A stretch of DNA of 46,221 nt, from the NCBI GenBank assembly GCA_041485125.1, contig JBGPIT010000003.1:1-46221 (forward strand), given 5' to 3'. The notes under the pieces are model-generated. The model was not told the DNA's origin, did no database searches, and saw only the letters and a list, made by a program, of their open reading frames with translations. Both the position numbers and the translations under genes were made by a program. Origin of the DNA: Candidatus Binatia bacterium (GTDB lineage Bacteria; Desulfobacterota; Binatia; UTPRO1). Below are positions 30,252-40,661 of the stretch, piece by piece (position 1 is the stretch's first letter; each line of letters starts with the position of its first letter).

Positions 30252-31021
30252 TCGATCAGGCCGCGGAGCGGGCTCGACGCGGTGGCGTAGAGCTTGCGCG
30301 GGATGCGTCCCGCCTTGAACGCTTTGCGTCCCGCCTCGACCGCGAGCCGCATCGCGTCCGCCATCAGCAGCGGATCGGCCGCGCCGGCGATCGCCGTGTT
30401 CATCAAGACCGCGTCGCAGCCGAGCTCGAGCGCGGCCGCCGCGTCCGACGCGGTGCCGACGCCGGCGTCGACGATCACCGGCACCTGGCTCTGCTCGAGG
30501 ATGATCGCGATGTTGTAGGGATTGCGGATGCCGAGACCGGAGCCGATCGGCGCCGCGAGCGGCATCACCGCGGCGCAGCCCATCTCCGCGAGACGCTTGC
30601 AGGCGACCGGATCGTCGGTGACGTAGGGCAGCACCTGGAAACCTTCGGCGAGCAGCTGGCGCGCCGCCTCGATCGTCGCCGGCACGTCCGGGAAGAGCGT
30701 GCGCTCGTCGCCGATCACCTCGAGCTTCACCAGGGTGCCGATGCCGGCCTCGCGCGCGAGCCGGCAGGTGCGCACCGCCTCCTCGGCGGTGTAGCAGCCG
30801 GCGGTGTTGGGGAGAATCGTGTAGCGCGTGGGGTCGACGTAATCGAGCAGGTTCTCGGCGTGCGGGTCGGTGATGTTGACGCGGCGGACGGCGACGGTGA
30901 CGATCTCCGCGCCGGAGCGCTCGATCGCCTGCTTGGTCTCACGGAAGTCGCGATACTTGCCGGTGCCGACGATCAGGCGCGAGGTGTACGAGCGGCCGGC
31001 AAGGACGAATGGATCGTGCAC
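30248..31021 (-). CDS. thiG: Thiazole synthase
   Basis: [37 protein letters not shown] and VDAGVG. GTG start at 31021. Confidence 0.96.
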   Translation of the reverse strand: MHDPFVLAGRSYTSRLIVGTGKYRDFRETKQAIERSGAEIVTVAVRRVNITDPHAENLLDYVDPTRYTILPNTAGCYTAEEAVRTCRLAREAGIGTLVKLEVIGDERTLFPDVPATIEAARQLLAEGFQVLPYVTDDPVACKRLAEMGCAAVMPLAAPIGSGLGIRNPYNIAIILEQSQVPVIVDAGVGTASDAAAALELGCDAVLMNTAIAGAADPLLMADAMRLAVEAGRKAFKAGRIPRKLYATASSPLRGLIE

Positions 31022-31046
31022 GGCACTGGCTCCAGTTCCGAGCGGC

Positions 31047-31247
31047 TCAGCCGCCGCCCACGAAATTGACGATCTCGACGCGATCACCCGCTGCCAGGCG
31101 CCGCTCTGCGAAGGCCGCGCGCGGCACCACTTCCTCGTTGATCTCGACGGCGACGCGGCCGGCTCGCACGTCGAGCACGAGCAACAGATCCGCGACGCTC
31201 GCGGCGTCGGCGACGTCACGCGTCTCGCCGTTCACGACCAACGTCAT
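31047..31247 (-). CDS. thiS: Sulfur carrier protein ThiS
   Basis: 66-aa ubiquitin-like protein with VNGE and AVEIN, ending FVGGG. Lies upstream of thiG. Confidence 0.95.
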   Translation of the reverse strand: MTLVVNGETRDVADAASVADLLLVLDVRAGRVAVEINEEVVPRAAFAERRLAAGDRVEIVNFVGGG

Positions 31248-31254
31248 CGCAAAA

Positions 31255-31283
31255 ACGCTACCCGCTTCGATTCGGCTTTACAA
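31255..31283 (-). promoter_or_regulatory. Possible sigma70 promoter giving a near-leaderless thiS transcript
   Basis: Minus strand TTGTAA-17 nt-TAGCGT, ending 7 nt before the ATG. Confidence 0.35.
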
Positions 31284-31328
31284 CCGCGGACCCGTGCGTT
31301 ACGCGTGCCCGTTCCCGCATCGCGGTCC

Positions 31329-32444
31329 ATGACGCACGATCCTCAGGCGCGACCCACCATCGTCGAGATCGACGGACGCGCGCTGGCGCGCAACTTCGGT
31401 GAGATCGCCCGCATCGCCGGCGGCGCCGCCGCGGTGCTGCCGGTCGTGAAGTCGAACGCGTACGGGCACGGCCTGGTCGCGGTCGCCCGCGCGTTGCAAG
31501 CGGCCGGCGCCGAGCGCTTCGCGGTCGCGACCGCCGACGAGGGGGCAGAGCTGCGTGCCGCCGGCGTGCGCGGCACGATCGTGGTGCTCGGCGGCGTCTA
31601 TCGTGACGACCACGTCCACGTCGTCGACGACCAGCTGACCGCGGTGGTGTGGGATGCCGCGACCGCGACGGATCTCGCCTCGGTCGCGCGTGCGCGCGGA
31701 CGGGCGGTTGCCGTCCATCTGAAGATCGACACCGGCATGAGCCGGCTCGGCGTCGACGCCGACGCGGCCCCCGACATGCTCGCGAGCCTGCGACGGATCC
31801 CCGGTCTCACGCTCGAGGGCGTGCTGACGCACTTCTGCAACGCCGAGAGCGTCGGCGGTCCCGAGACCGCGCGGCAGCTGGAACGCTTCGGCGCGCTCAT
31901 CGCGACGCTCGCTCGCGCCGGGATGCGGCCGCCGGTCGTGCACGCCGCAAACAGCGCCGCGACCTTGAGCGAGCCCGCGGCTCGCTTCGACTGGGTGCGA
32001 CCCGGCCTTGCGCTCTACGGTGTCTACCCCTCGGCCACGACGCGTACGCAGGCGGCGCTCGTGCCGGTCATGCGCTTCGTCACCCGCATCGTCGCGCTGC
32101 GCGCGGTTCCGGCCGGGACCGGCGTCAGCTATGGATCGACCTTCGTCACGACGCGCCCGAGCCGGATCGCGACCTTGCCGGTCGGCTACGCCGACGGCTA
32201 TCCCCGCGTGCTTTCGAACCGTGGCGTCGTAGTGGTCCGTGGCGAGCGTGTGCCGGTTGCGGGTCGCGTCTGCATGGACCAAACGATGATCGACGTGACG
32301 GCGATCCGCGACGTCGCCGTCGGCGACGAGGTCGAGCTGTGGGGCGGCGCGCTGCCGGTCGATGAGGTCGCCGCAACCGCCGGCACGATCGCGTACGAGC
32401 TGTTGGCGCGGGTCGGACCTCGCGTGCGGCGCGTGGTACGGTAG
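31329..32444 (+). CDS. alr: Alanine racemase
   Basis: PLP-lysine motif VVKSNAYGHG, HLKIDTGMSRLG, HAANSAA, RPGLALYG, GYADG and GRVCMDQ. Confidence 0.97.
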   Translation: MTHDPQARPTIVEIDGRALARNFGEIARIAGGAAAVLPVVKSNAYGHGLVAVARALQAAGAERFAVATADEGAELRAAGVRGTIVVLGGVYRDDHVHVVDDQLTAVVWDAATATDLASVARARGRAVAVHLKIDTGMSRLGVDADAAPDMLASLRRIPGLTLEGVLTHFCNAESVGGPETARQLERFGALIATLARAGMRPPVVHAANSAATLSEPAARFDWVRPGLALYGVYPSATTRTQAALVPVMRFVTRIVALRAVPAGTGVSYGSTFVTTRPSRIATLPVGYADGYPRVLSNRGVVVVRGERVPVAGRVCMDQTMIDVTAIRDVAVGDEVELWGGALPVDEVAATAGTIAYELLARVGPRVRRVVR

Positions 32445-32455
32445 GAGAGCACGAG

Positions 32456-34063
32456 ATGGCACGCATCACACGGGCCTTGGTGAGCGTCAGTGACAAGCGC
32501 GGCTTGCAGGAGCTGGCACGCGTGCTCGCGACCGCCGGCGTGGAGATCCTCTCGACCGGCGGTACGGCGCGCGCGCTCGAGGATTGGGGAGTGCCGGTCA
32601 CGGCGGTGAGCGCGTACACCGGCTCCCCCGAGATCCTCGACGGCCGGGTGAAGACGCTGCACCCGAAAATCCACGGCGGCATCCTCGCCGTGCGCGACGA
32701 TCCCGGGCATCGCGAGCAGACCGCCAAGCACGGCATCGGTCCGATCGATCTCGTGGTGGTGAACCTGTATCCGTTCGAGACGGTGACGGCGCGGCGGGAG
32801 ACGAGCTTCGCGGAGGCGATCGAGAACATCGACATCGGCGGGCCGTCGATGGTGCGCTCGGCGGCGAAGAACCACAAGTACGTCACGGTGCTGGTCGATC
32901 CCGACGACTATCCGGTCGTTGCCGCCGAGATCGCGGATACCGGCGCGGTCTCGCCGGCGACCAACGCCCGCCTGGCGGCGAAAGCATTCGCGCTGACCGC
33001 GCGCTACGACGGCGCGATCGCCGACTACCTCGGCGCGATCGAGGCCGATGGCGGCTTCGCGCCGAGCGCGCGCCTCACGGGCACCAAGGTGCAAGACCTG
33101 CGCTACGGCGAGAACCCGCATCAGGCCGCCGCCTTCTACCGCGACGTCACGCCGAGCGCCGAGCCCGCGATCGCGGCCGCCCGCCAGCTGCAAGGGAAAG
33201 AGCTCTCGTACAACAACATCGTCGACGCCGACGCGGCGCTCGAGCTGGTGAAAGAGTTCGCGGCGCCGACCGCGGTCGCGATCAAGCACACCAATCCGTG
33301 CGGTGTCGGGACGGCGCCGGTGTTGGTCGAGGCGTTCCGCAAGGCCCGCGCCTCGGACCCGGTCTCGATCTTCGGCGGCATCGTCGCCTTCAACCGGCCG
33401 CTCGACGAGGCGACCGCCGCGGCGATGCAGGACCTCTTTCTCGAGGTGGTGATCGCACCGACCATCGAGCCCGCGGCGCTGGCGCTCTTCGGCGGCTCGA
33501 AGCGGCTCCAGCAGGTGCGCGTGCTGACGCTCGACCTTCCGCCCGGCACCGATCTCTTCGTGACGACGCGCGAGGCACGCGCGGGGTACGGCGGCCGGCG
33601 CCGCGATCTGAAGAAGGTCGTCGGCGGCTTCCTCGTGCAGGACGCCGACGTCGCCGAGATCGACGTCCGCGGCTGCACGGTTGCGACCGAGCGCCGGCCG
33701 ACGCCCGAGGAGCTCGCGGCGCTCGACTTCGCCTGGCGGATCGCCAAGCACGTCAAGTCGAACGCGATCGTGCTGGCGCGCGCCGACCAGGTGATCGGCG
33801 TCGGCGCCGGCCAGATGAGCCGGGTCGACTCGGCGCGGCTCGCGGTCATGCGCGCCGGCAATGCCGGTCTCGCGACCGCAGGGACGGTGGCCGCCTCGGA
33901 CGCCTTCTTTCCGTTCCGTGACGGCCTCGACGTGATCGCGCAGGCGGGCGTGTGCGCGGTGATCCAGCCCGGTGGCAGCATCCGCGACGCCGAGGTGATC
34001 GCCGCCGCCAACGAGCACGGGATCGCGATGATCCTCACCGGCCAGCGACACTTCCGGCACTAG
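32456..34063 (+). CDS. purH: Bifunctional AICAR transformylase/IMP cyclohydrolase
   Basis: ALVSVSDK, GRVKTLHP, IDIGGPSMVR, LRYGENPHQ, KHTNPCG, SDAFFPF and terminal RHFRH. Confidence 0.98.
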   Translation: MARITRALVSVSDKRGLQELARVLATAGVEILSTGGTARALEDWGVPVTAVSAYTGSPEILDGRVKTLHPKIHGGILAVRDDPGHREQTAKHGIGPIDLVVVNLYPFETVTARRETSFAEAIENIDIGGPSMVRSAAKNHKYVTVLVDPDDYPVVAAEIADTGAVSPATNARLAAKAFALTARYDGAIADYLGAIEADGGFAPSARLTGTKVQDLRYGENPHQAAAFYRDVTPSAEPAIAAARQLQGKELSYNNIVDADAALELVKEFAAPTAVAIKHTNPCGVGTAPVLVEAFRKARASDPVSIFGGIVAFNRPLDEATAAAMQDLFLEVVIAPTIEPAALALFGGSKRLQQVRVLTLDLPPGTDLFVTTREARAGYGGRRRDLKKVVGGFLVQDADVAEIDVRGCTVATERRPTPEELAALDFAWRIAKHVKSNAIVLARADQVIGVGAGQMSRVDSARLAVMRAGNAGLATAGTVAASDAFFPFRDGLDVIAQAGVCAVIQPGGSIRDAEVIAAANEHGIAMILTGQRHFRH

Positions 34064-34067
34064 CGCC

Positions 34068-35357
34068 GTGCGCGTCCTCGTCATCGGCAGCGGCGCGCGC
34101 GAGCACGCGCTCGCGTGGAAGCTCCGTCAGAGCCCGCGCGTGAGCGCGGTCTTCTGCGCGCCCGGGAACGCCGGCACGGCGACGGTCGCGGAGAACGTCG
34201 ACATCGCGCCCGAGCGCATCGACACGCTCCGCGACTTCGCGCGCGCCAAGGAGATCGGCATCACCGTCGTCGGTCCCGAGCAGCCGCTCGTGCTCGGGAT
34301 CGCCGATGGCTTCGAGCGCGACGGCCTACGCGTCTTCGGTCCGACCCGCGCGGGTGCCGAGCTCGAGGGCAGCAAGGCCTTCACCAAGGAGGTGCTGCGA
34401 CGGGCCGGCGCCCCAACCGCGCGCTACCACGTCTGTGACGACGCGGCGGCGGCGTACCGCGCGATCGACGCGCTCGGCACGCCAGTCGTCGTCAAGGCCG
34501 ACGGTCTCGCGGCCGGGAAGGGCGTGGTGGTGTGCGCGTCGGCCGGTGAGGCTCGTGCCGCCGTCGACCAGCTCATGACCCGGCGCATCTTCGGCGACGC
34601 CGGCCGGCGGCTCGTTGTCGAGGAGTGCCTGCGCGGCGAGGAGCTCTCGTTCATGGCGCTCACCGACGGTGTGAGCGTCGTGCCGCTGGCGTCGTCGCAA
34701 GACCACAAGCGCCTGCGCGACGGTGATCTCGGTCCCAACACCGGCGGCATGGGCGCGTACTCTCCGGCGCCGCTTCTCACGCCGGCGCTCGAAGCGCGGG
34801 TGATGGAGACGATCATGCGGCCGGTGATCGCCGAGCTGCGCCGGAGCGGCATCGTCTACCGCGGCGTCCTCTACGCCGGCCTGATGGTCGACGACGGCGC
34901 GCCGTCGGTCCTCGAGTTCAACGTGCGGTTCGGCGATCCGGAGTGTCAGGTGCTGATGCTGCGCTTGCGCTCCGACCTGGTCGAGCTGATCGAGGCGGTC
35001 CTCGGCGGCGGCCTCGCGGGCTGCGTGCCGGAGTGGGACCCGCGCCCGAGCGCTGGTGTGGTCCTCGCCGCGCCGGGCTATCCGGGCCCGCCCGAGACGG
35101 GCACCCCGATCGGCGGACTCGACGCGGCGGCAGAGGCCGAGTGCGTCGTGTTCCATGCCGCGACCGCGCGCCACGACGGCCGGGTCGTCAGCAGCGGCGG
35201 TCGCGTCCTCACCGTCGCCGCGCTCGGCGACGACCTCGCCACCGCCGTGGCACGGGCCTATGCCGGAGTTGCCCGCATCGACTTCGCCGGTGCACAGTAT
35301 CGGCGGGACATCGGACACCGCGCCCTCGGCGCGGCAGCGCGAGAGGAGAGCACGTGA
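34068..35357 (+). CDS. purD: Phosphoribosylamine--glycine ligase
   Basis: GSGAREHA, LEGSK, KADGLAAGKGV, QDHKR, NTGGMGAYSP and EFNVRFGDPE. Confidence 0.98.
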   Translation: MRVLVIGSGAREHALAWKLRQSPRVSAVFCAPGNAGTATVAENVDIAPERIDTLRDFARAKEIGITVVGPEQPLVLGIADGFERDGLRVFGPTRAGAELEGSKAFTKEVLRRAGAPTARYHVCDDAAAAYRAIDALGTPVVVKADGLAAGKGVVVCASAGEARAAVDQLMTRRIFGDAGRRLVVEECLRGEELSFMALTDGVSVVPLASSQDHKRLRDGDLGPNTGGMGAYSPAPLLTPALEARVMETIMRPVIAELRRSGIVYRGVLYAGLMVDDGAPSVLEFNVRFGDPECQVLMLRLRSDLVELIEAVLGGGLAGCVPEWDPRPSAGVVLAAPGYPGPPETGTPIGGLDAAAEAECVVFHAATARHDGRVVSSGGRVLTVAALGDDLATAVARAYAGVARIDFAGAQYRRDIGHRALGAAAREEST

Positions 35358-35959
35358 AGGGAAACGGCAAGCGCGCCGCCCGCCCGCGGGTGGCGATTCT
35401 GATGGGCAGCGACAGCGATTGGCCGATCATGTCGGCCGTGGCGACGCGCCTCGAGGCGTTCGGCGTCACCTGCGACGCGCACGTGATGTCGGCGCATCGC
35501 TCGCCCGAGGCGACGGCGCGCTTCGCGCGCGGTGCCCGCGACGCGGGCTACCAGGTGCTGATCTGCGGCGCCGGCGCGGCGGCACATCTCGCCGGCGCGG
35601 TGTCGGCGCAGACGACCTTGCCCGTGATCGGTGTGCCGCTCGAGGCGGGTAGCCTCGGCGGTCTCGATGCGCTGCTCGCGACGGTGCAGATGCCCGCGGG
35701 CATTCCGGTCGCGACCGTCGCGGTCGGCAAGCCGGGAGCCGAGAATGCCGCGATCCTCGCGGTGGAGATCCTGGCGCTCGGCGACGCTCGACTGGCCGCG
35801 CGCCTCGACGAGCACAAGGCGACGCTCGTGCGCGGCGTCGAGGAGAAGGACAAGCGCCTACAGCGCGAGCGCGGTGCCGTGCGCCGCCGCAGCGGTGCGG
35901 ACACGACCGAGAAGCGCGGCGGTGTGCGTGAGGGACGGACTGCCCGCGGCGGTGCCTGA
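35354..35959 (+). CDS. purE: N5-CAIR mutase / AIR carboxylase PurE
   Basis: MGSDSD, SAHRSP, AGAAAHL, LPVIGVP and [16 protein letters not shown] overlap with purD. Confidence 0.95.
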   Translation: MKGNGKRAARPRVAILMGSDSDWPIMSAVATRLEAFGVTCDAHVMSAHRSPEATARFARGARDAGYQVLICGAGAAAHLAGAVSAQTTLPVIGVPLEAGSLGGLDALLATVQMPAGIPVATVAVGKPGAENAAILAVEILALGDARLAARLDEHKATLVRGVEEKDKRLQRERGAVRRRSGADTTEKRGGVREGRTARGGA

Positions 35960-36578
35960 CCCCGACCGCGTGATCGATCTCGCGCGCGCCGTCGGCGCGC
36001 TTCGCCGCGAGCGCCTGGTCGTCTATCCGACCGAGACCTTCTACGGCGTCGGTGCCCACGCGCTCTCGGACGCCGCCGTCCGCGCCTGTGCCGACCTGAA
36101 AGGCCGCGCCGACCTGAGCCCGATCGCCGTCATCGTCGCCGATCCGACGATGCTCGCCATGGTCGTTCCGCGTCGTCCGCCGGCGGCGGAGAAGTTGATC
36201 GCGCGCTTCTGGCCCGGTCCGCTGACGTTGGTCCTGCCGGCGCGCTCCGGCCTGCCGGCGGAGCTCACCGCCGGAACCGGCATGATCGGCGTGCGCGTCT
36301 CGAGCCATCCGACCGCCGTCGCGCTGTCGCACGCGCTCGGTGCGCCGATCACCGCGACCAGCGCCAATCGCAGCGGCGATCCGCCGGCGCGTGACGTGGC
36401 GAGCGCGACCCGCGCGTTCGGTGCGCGCATCGACGTCTACGTCGACGGCGGCACGCTCGGTGGCGGCCTCGGCTCGACCGTGCTAGTCGTCACGGACGAC
36501 GTGGTGCGAGTGGTGCGGCCGGGCGCGGTTCCAGTCGAGGCGCTACGGGACGTCCTCGGAGCGACGCCGATCCTCTAG
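35952..36578 (+). CDS. tsaC: L-threonylcarbamoyladenylate synthase (TsaC/Sua5/YrdC)
   Basis: [21 protein letters not shown] and ATSANRSG. Start is approximate (35928 or 35952). Confidence 0.9.
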   Translation: MPDPDRVIDLARAVGALRRERLVVYPTETFYGVGAHALSDAAVRACADLKGRADLSPIAVIVADPTMLAMVVPRRPPAAEKLIARFWPGPLTLVLPARSGLPAELTAGTGMIGVRVSSHPTAVALSHALGAPITATSANRSGDPPARDVASATRAFGARIDVYVDGGTLGGGLGSTVLVVTDDVVRVVRPGAVPVEALRDVLGATPIL

Positions 36579-37921
36579 TGGCCATTCTCGAACCATTTCG
36601 CGCGCTGCGCTTCGATCCCAAGGTCGTCGGTGACGTGTCGGCGGTGATGGCGCCTCCCTACGACGTCATCGACGCCGCCCATCGCGACCGGCTCTACGCG
36701 CGGAGCCCATTCAACGTCGTCCAGCTGATCCTGAACCGGGAGGCGGACCCGTATGCGGCGGCGGCGCGATCCTACCGGGACTGGCGCGCGAAGGGCGCGC
36801 TCGCGCTCGACGATGCGCCCTCGCTCTATCTCTATGCGCAGCGGTTTCCGGTGCCGGGCGCGGCGCCGCGACAGCGCGTCGGCATCATCGGGGCGCTTCG
36901 TCTGGAAGACTTCGCGAGCGGCAAGGTGCGGCCGCACGAGCGCACGCTCGAGCGCGCCAAGACCGATCGCCTGAGCCTGGTCCGCGCGTGCAAAGCGTCC
37001 TTGTCGCCCATCTTCGGCCTGGTCTCCGATCCGGCCTGGCACCTCGCGACGCTCGTCCCCGCCGCGCCGCCGATCATCGACATCGAGGGCGAGGACGGCG
37101 AGACGCATCGCGTGTGGCGGATCGACGATTCGAAAACGCAGGCCGCCATCGCGGCGCGTCTCGACGGCAAGGACGTCTTCATCGCCGACGGGCATCACCG
37201 CTACGAGACCGCGCTGCGCTATCGCGACGAGACGCGCGCCGCCCTCGGCGCGAGCGCGCCGCCGCCCGGGACGGCGCCGTACGACTACGTGCTCGCGTTC
37301 CTCACCACGCTCGAGGAGCCCGGCCTCGTCGTCCTGCCGACGCACCGGATCCTCACTACGTTGGCGCTCGCTGCGGCCGATCTGCGTCGCGCCCTCACCC
37401 AGCACTTCGCCATCGACGAGCTGCCGTGGACGGAAGCAGGGAAGGCGGAGCTCCGGCGCCGTCTTCGCATCGGAGCGGACGCGCAGGCCGGATCGGGAGC
37501 GCCGACCGATGGCACGATCACGATCGGCGCCGCGGTCCGTGGTGCCGATCGGATCTGGGTGCTCTCGGCGCTGAGCAATGAGCTGCCGTACCCGCCCGAG
37601 CTTCCGGCGCCGCTTCGCGATCTCGACGTGACGGCGCTCCACCAGATCGTGCTCGCCCGCGTCTTGGGCCTGCCGATCGGCGAGCGCGGCGGCACGCCCG
37701 GTCTCAGCTACACGCAAGACGACCAAGCAGCCTTCGCCGCCGTCGAGTCCGGCAGCGCCACGGCGGCGTTCCTCGTCCCGCCGACCGACGTCGACGCGCT
37801 CCGCGTCGTCGGCACCGCGGGCCTCACCATGCCGGAGAAGTCGACGTACTTTCATCCCAAGCTGCTGACGGGCCTCGTGCTCTATCCTCTCGACGGGTCG
37901 GCGGAGCCGAACGCAACGTAG
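36578..37921 (+). CDS. DUF1015 family protein
   Basis: PFRALRF, APPYDVI, PHERT, IADGHHRYETA, PTHR and MPEKSTYFHPK. Confidence 0.9.
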   Translation: MAILEPFRALRFDPKVVGDVSAVMAPPYDVIDAAHRDRLYARSPFNVVQLILNREADPYAAAARSYRDWRAKGALALDDAPSLYLYAQRFPVPGAAPRQRVGIIGALRLEDFASGKVRPHERTLERAKTDRLSLVRACKASLSPIFGLVSDPAWHLATLVPAAPPIIDIEGEDGETHRVWRIDDSKTQAAIAARLDGKDVFIADGHHRYETALRYRDETRAALGASAPPPGTAPYDYVLAFLTTLEEPGLVVLPTHRILTTLALAAADLRRALTQHFAIDELPWTEAGKAELRRRLRIGADAQAGSGAPTDGTITIGAAVRGADRIWVLSALSNELPYPPELPAPLRDLDVTALHQIVLARVLGLPIGERGGTPGLSYTQDDQAAFAAVESGSATAAFLVPPTDVDALRVVGTAGLTMPEKSTYFHPKLLTGLVLYPLDGSAEPNAT

Positions 37922-37928
37922 CTGCGCG

Positions 37929-38792
37929 ATGAGTCTCACGCTCGACGAGGTGCGCGCGGGCATGGACCAGGCGCGCTACATCACCACGGCGCGCGTCGAG
38001 ACCGTCGTCTATCTCGCCCTCACGCTCGAGAAGCCGCTCCTCGTCGAAGGCCCGGCGGGCGCCGGCAAGACGGAGCTTGCCAAGGTGATCGCGGCGATGC
38101 TCGGCACCGAGCTGGTGCGCTTGCAGTGCTACGAAGGGCTCGACGAGGCGCGCGCGCTCTACGAGTGGAACTACCAGAAGCAGCTGCTGCGCTTACAGGC
38201 CGACCGCGACGCGGAGACGCCGTGGGAGGAGCTCTCCAGCCACATCTTCTCGCGCGACTACCTACTCGAGCGGCCGCTCTTGCGGGCGATCGTGGCGCCG
38301 AAGCGCGTCGTGCTCCTGATCGACGAGGTCGACAAGGCCGACGAGGAGTTCGAGGCGTTTCTCCTCGAGGTGCTGGCGGAATTCCAGGTGACTGTGCCCG
38401 AGCTCGGCACGATCCACGCGATCGAGCGCCCGATCGTGGTGCTGACCTCGAACCAGCATCGTGAGCTGTCGGAAGCGCTGGTGCGGCGCTGCCTCCATCT
38501 CTTTCTCGAGTTTCCCGGCGTCGAGAAAGAGCGCGAGATCATTGCCCGCAAAGTGCCCGAGCTCGACGAGCAGCTGCGCGCGCGTGTGGCGGAATTCGTC
38601 GCCGGGCTACGACGGCTCGGGCTACACAAGGCGCCGAGCATCGCCGAGACCCTCGACTGGGCGCGCGCGCTGGTCGCGCTCGGGATCCGCGAGCTCGATC
38701 CCGAGGCGGTGCGCCGGACGCTGGCCGTGCTCCTCAAGCACGAGGAGGACGTGCGCAAGGCGGAGCCGAAGATCGCGGCGCTGCGACGGTAG
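37929..38792 (+). CDS. MoxR-family AAA+ ATPase (CoxD-like)
   Basis: EGPAGAGKT, RLQCYEGLD, YEWNY, LLIDEVDKADEEFEA and RRCL. Confidence 0.92.
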   Translation: MSLTLDEVRAGMDQARYITTARVETVVYLALTLEKPLLVEGPAGAGKTELAKVIAAMLGTELVRLQCYEGLDEARALYEWNYQKQLLRLQADRDAETPWEELSSHIFSRDYLLERPLLRAIVAPKRVVLLIDEVDKADEEFEAFLLEVLAEFQVTVPELGTIHAIERPIVVLTSNQHRELSEALVRRCLHLFLEFPGVEKEREIIARKVPELDEQLRARVAEFVAGLRRLGLHKAPSIAETLDWARALVALGIRELDPEAVRRTLAVLLKHEEDVRKAEPKIAALRR

Positions 38793-38803
38793 GAGCTGCC
38801 GGC

Positions 38804-39106
38804 TCAGCCGATCCAGCAGGACGCCCAGGGCACGAGCGAAAACGCGGTATAGGCGGCGATCGTGAGCAAGAGCCCGACCTTCACGAGCATGCGGTGCGAG
38901 GCGCGGATCAGGAAGAGGAGGAGCACGCCCGCGAAGAGCTTGCTCAGCAGCAGAGTCGGTCCCGCGCCCCACACCTCGAAGCCCGCGCGGAGCAGTGGGT
39001 TGCCCTCACCGCACTGCTCCCAACAAGTGTAGGTTGCGACCCCGTCGAAGAGCTGGAGGGCTAGGTTCAGGATGACGAGGATCGCGGTAGTCACGGACTG
39101 CGGCAC
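38804..39106 (-). CDS. Small membrane protein, DUF5658-like
   Basis: 100 aa with three hydrophobic segments and the pattern LQLFDGVATY...EGNPLL...K. Confidence 0.65.
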   Translation of the reverse strand: MPQSVTTAILVILNLALQLFDGVATYTCWEQCGEGNPLLRAGFEVWGAGPTLLLSKLFAGVLLLFLIRASHRMLVKVGLLLTIAAYTAFSLVPWASCWIG

Positions 39107-39120
39107 GCGAGGCCCGAGTC

Positions 39121-39136
39121 AGCAACGCCGGTGCCA
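39121..39136 (-). promoter_or_regulatory. Putative sigma54 promoter of the small membrane protein gene
   Basis: Minus strand TGGCACcggcgTTGCT is a near-consensus -24/-12 site, 14 nt upstream of the GTG. Confidence 0.7.
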
Positions 39137-39318
39137 GTAGCGACCGAGGAAACTCAACGGCAAACGCGCGTGCGTGGACCGCAGAGCTGCACGACGCCGG
39201 AAGATCCTCGCGTGCACGCATGTCGTCACCGCGCTCGCTACGGCGTCCGCGTTGCGACCACGACGGCGCCCGCGCGTCGCGGCCGCGTGCGTCGCGCCGT
39301 CGGCTTCGGGTGCAGGTC

Positions 39319-40644
39319 GTGAAGGCGCGGCTTGCGGAGCTCGTCGCGGCGCTCCGACGGGGCGGCGTTGCGGTGAGCGTGGCGGAAGCCATAGACGCCG
39401 CCACCGTGCTCGCCGCCGTCGGCGTCGAGCGCACCCTCCTGCGCGACGCGCTGGCCGCGACGCTGGTGAAACGCGAGGAGGATCGCGCGCTCTACGACGA
39501 CGCGTTCGATCGGCTCTTTCCGGCGCGCGTCACACCCGCGCGTGCGCCGCAGCGCCGGCGTCAATCCCGTCCGGCTGCTGCCGCTGAGAGTGGGGCTTTT
39601 GGCGGCGGTGGTGGCGGCGCCGGCGTGCCTGGAGGCAGCGCGCGTCCCGACGACACCGATCGGACCGCGACACCGACGTCACGGCGATCGCCGGCGCGGC
39701 AGGGCAAGATCGATTCCACGAAGATCGCGGGGAAGCCGTGCGAGTCGGATGCGGTCCCCGAGACGTCGCATCCGCCACGACGAGGCGCACCGGCGTCGTC
39801 GCGCGGTGAGACCGCCGGCGCGAAGGCGGAGGCCACTCCGGCGTCGAAGGCCGAGGCGAAGCGCGACACCGTCGGAACGGAGGACGCCGACGCGCGCGCC
39901 CGCGCCGAACGTCTCGACCGCCGGGCGCGCATGCGAGCCCTCCTCGGGATGGCGTTTCGCGCCATGTCGCCGCGTGACGTCGACGACGCGGCCGCGCTCG
40001 TCCGCGCGCTCGCGCGGCGCTTTCGCGGCCGACTGTCCCGGCGCCTGCGTCGTCGCAGCCGCGGCCGCCTCGACTTTCGACGCACCATCCGCAGCTCGAT
40101 CGCGCGCGGCGGGGTGCCGCTCGAGCGCCGGTTTCGCGCCCGCCGTCCGCGCAAGCTCTCGCTGGTCGTGCTGTGCGATCTCTCCGCGTCGACGGCGACG
40201 GCGACGGACTTCTTCTTGGCGTTGCTCGCACCCGCGGCCGACCACTTCGCGCGCGTGCGCCTCTTCGGCTTCGTCGACCGCTTGGTGGAGATCGAGTTCG
40301 TGTCGGGACAGGTGCGCCCGGCCGCGCCGATCGACCTCATGGCGCGATCGGACTTCGGCCGCGTCCTGCAGGACCTCGCCGCCGGACCGGTCGAGCTCAC
40401 CGCCGATACGCTCCTCCTCGTCCTCGGCGACGCGCGCAACAACCGGCGGCCGCCGCGCGCCGATCTCCTCGCCGCCGCGCGCGCCCGGGTGCGACGGCTG
40501 ATCTGGCTCGACCCCGAGCCGGTGGAGCGCTGGAACACCGGTGACAGCGTGATCGCGACCTACGCGCGTCACGCCGACGACGTCGTCTCGTGCGGCTCGC
40601 TCGCCGAGCTCGACCGTGCGATCGCGACGATCGGCCGCGCCTAA
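39319..40644 (+). CDS. VWA-domain protein (CoxE-like), likely MoxR partner
   Basis: LRRGGVAVS, low-complexity linker, GRLDFRRTIR, MIDAS-like CDLSAS, SDFG, LGDARNN and WLDPEP..WNTGDS. Confidence 0.88.
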   Translation: MKARLAELVAALRRGGVAVSVAEAIDAATVLAAVGVERTLLRDALAATLVKREEDRALYDDAFDRLFPARVTPARAPQRRRQSRPAAAAESGAFGGGGGGAGVPGGSARPDDTDRTATPTSRRSPARQGKIDSTKIAGKPCESDAVPETSHPPRRGAPASSRGETAGAKAEATPASKAEAKRDTVGTEDADARARAERLDRRARMRALLGMAFRAMSPRDVDDAAALVRALARRFRGRLSRRLRRRSRGRLDFRRTIRSSIARGGVPLERRFRARRPRKLSLVVLCDLSASTATATDFFLALLAPAADHFARVRLFGFVDRLVEIEFVSGQVRPAAPIDLMARSDFGRVLQDLAAGPVELTADTLLLVLGDARNNRRPPRADLLAAARARVRRLIWLDPEPVERWNTGDSVIATYARHADDVVSCGSLAELDRAIATIGRA

Positions 40645-40661
40645 CGGCGCCCGTGCGACGA

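Noticed and set aside
31248-31328. TPP riboswitch upstream of thiS-thiG-thiE
   Set aside because: Only 81 bp separate the divergent genes and there is no CTGAGA core.
37929-40644. CO dehydrogenase (cox) gene cluster
   Set aside because: Only generic CoxD/CoxE-like chaperone genes are present, with no coxL/M/S in the window.
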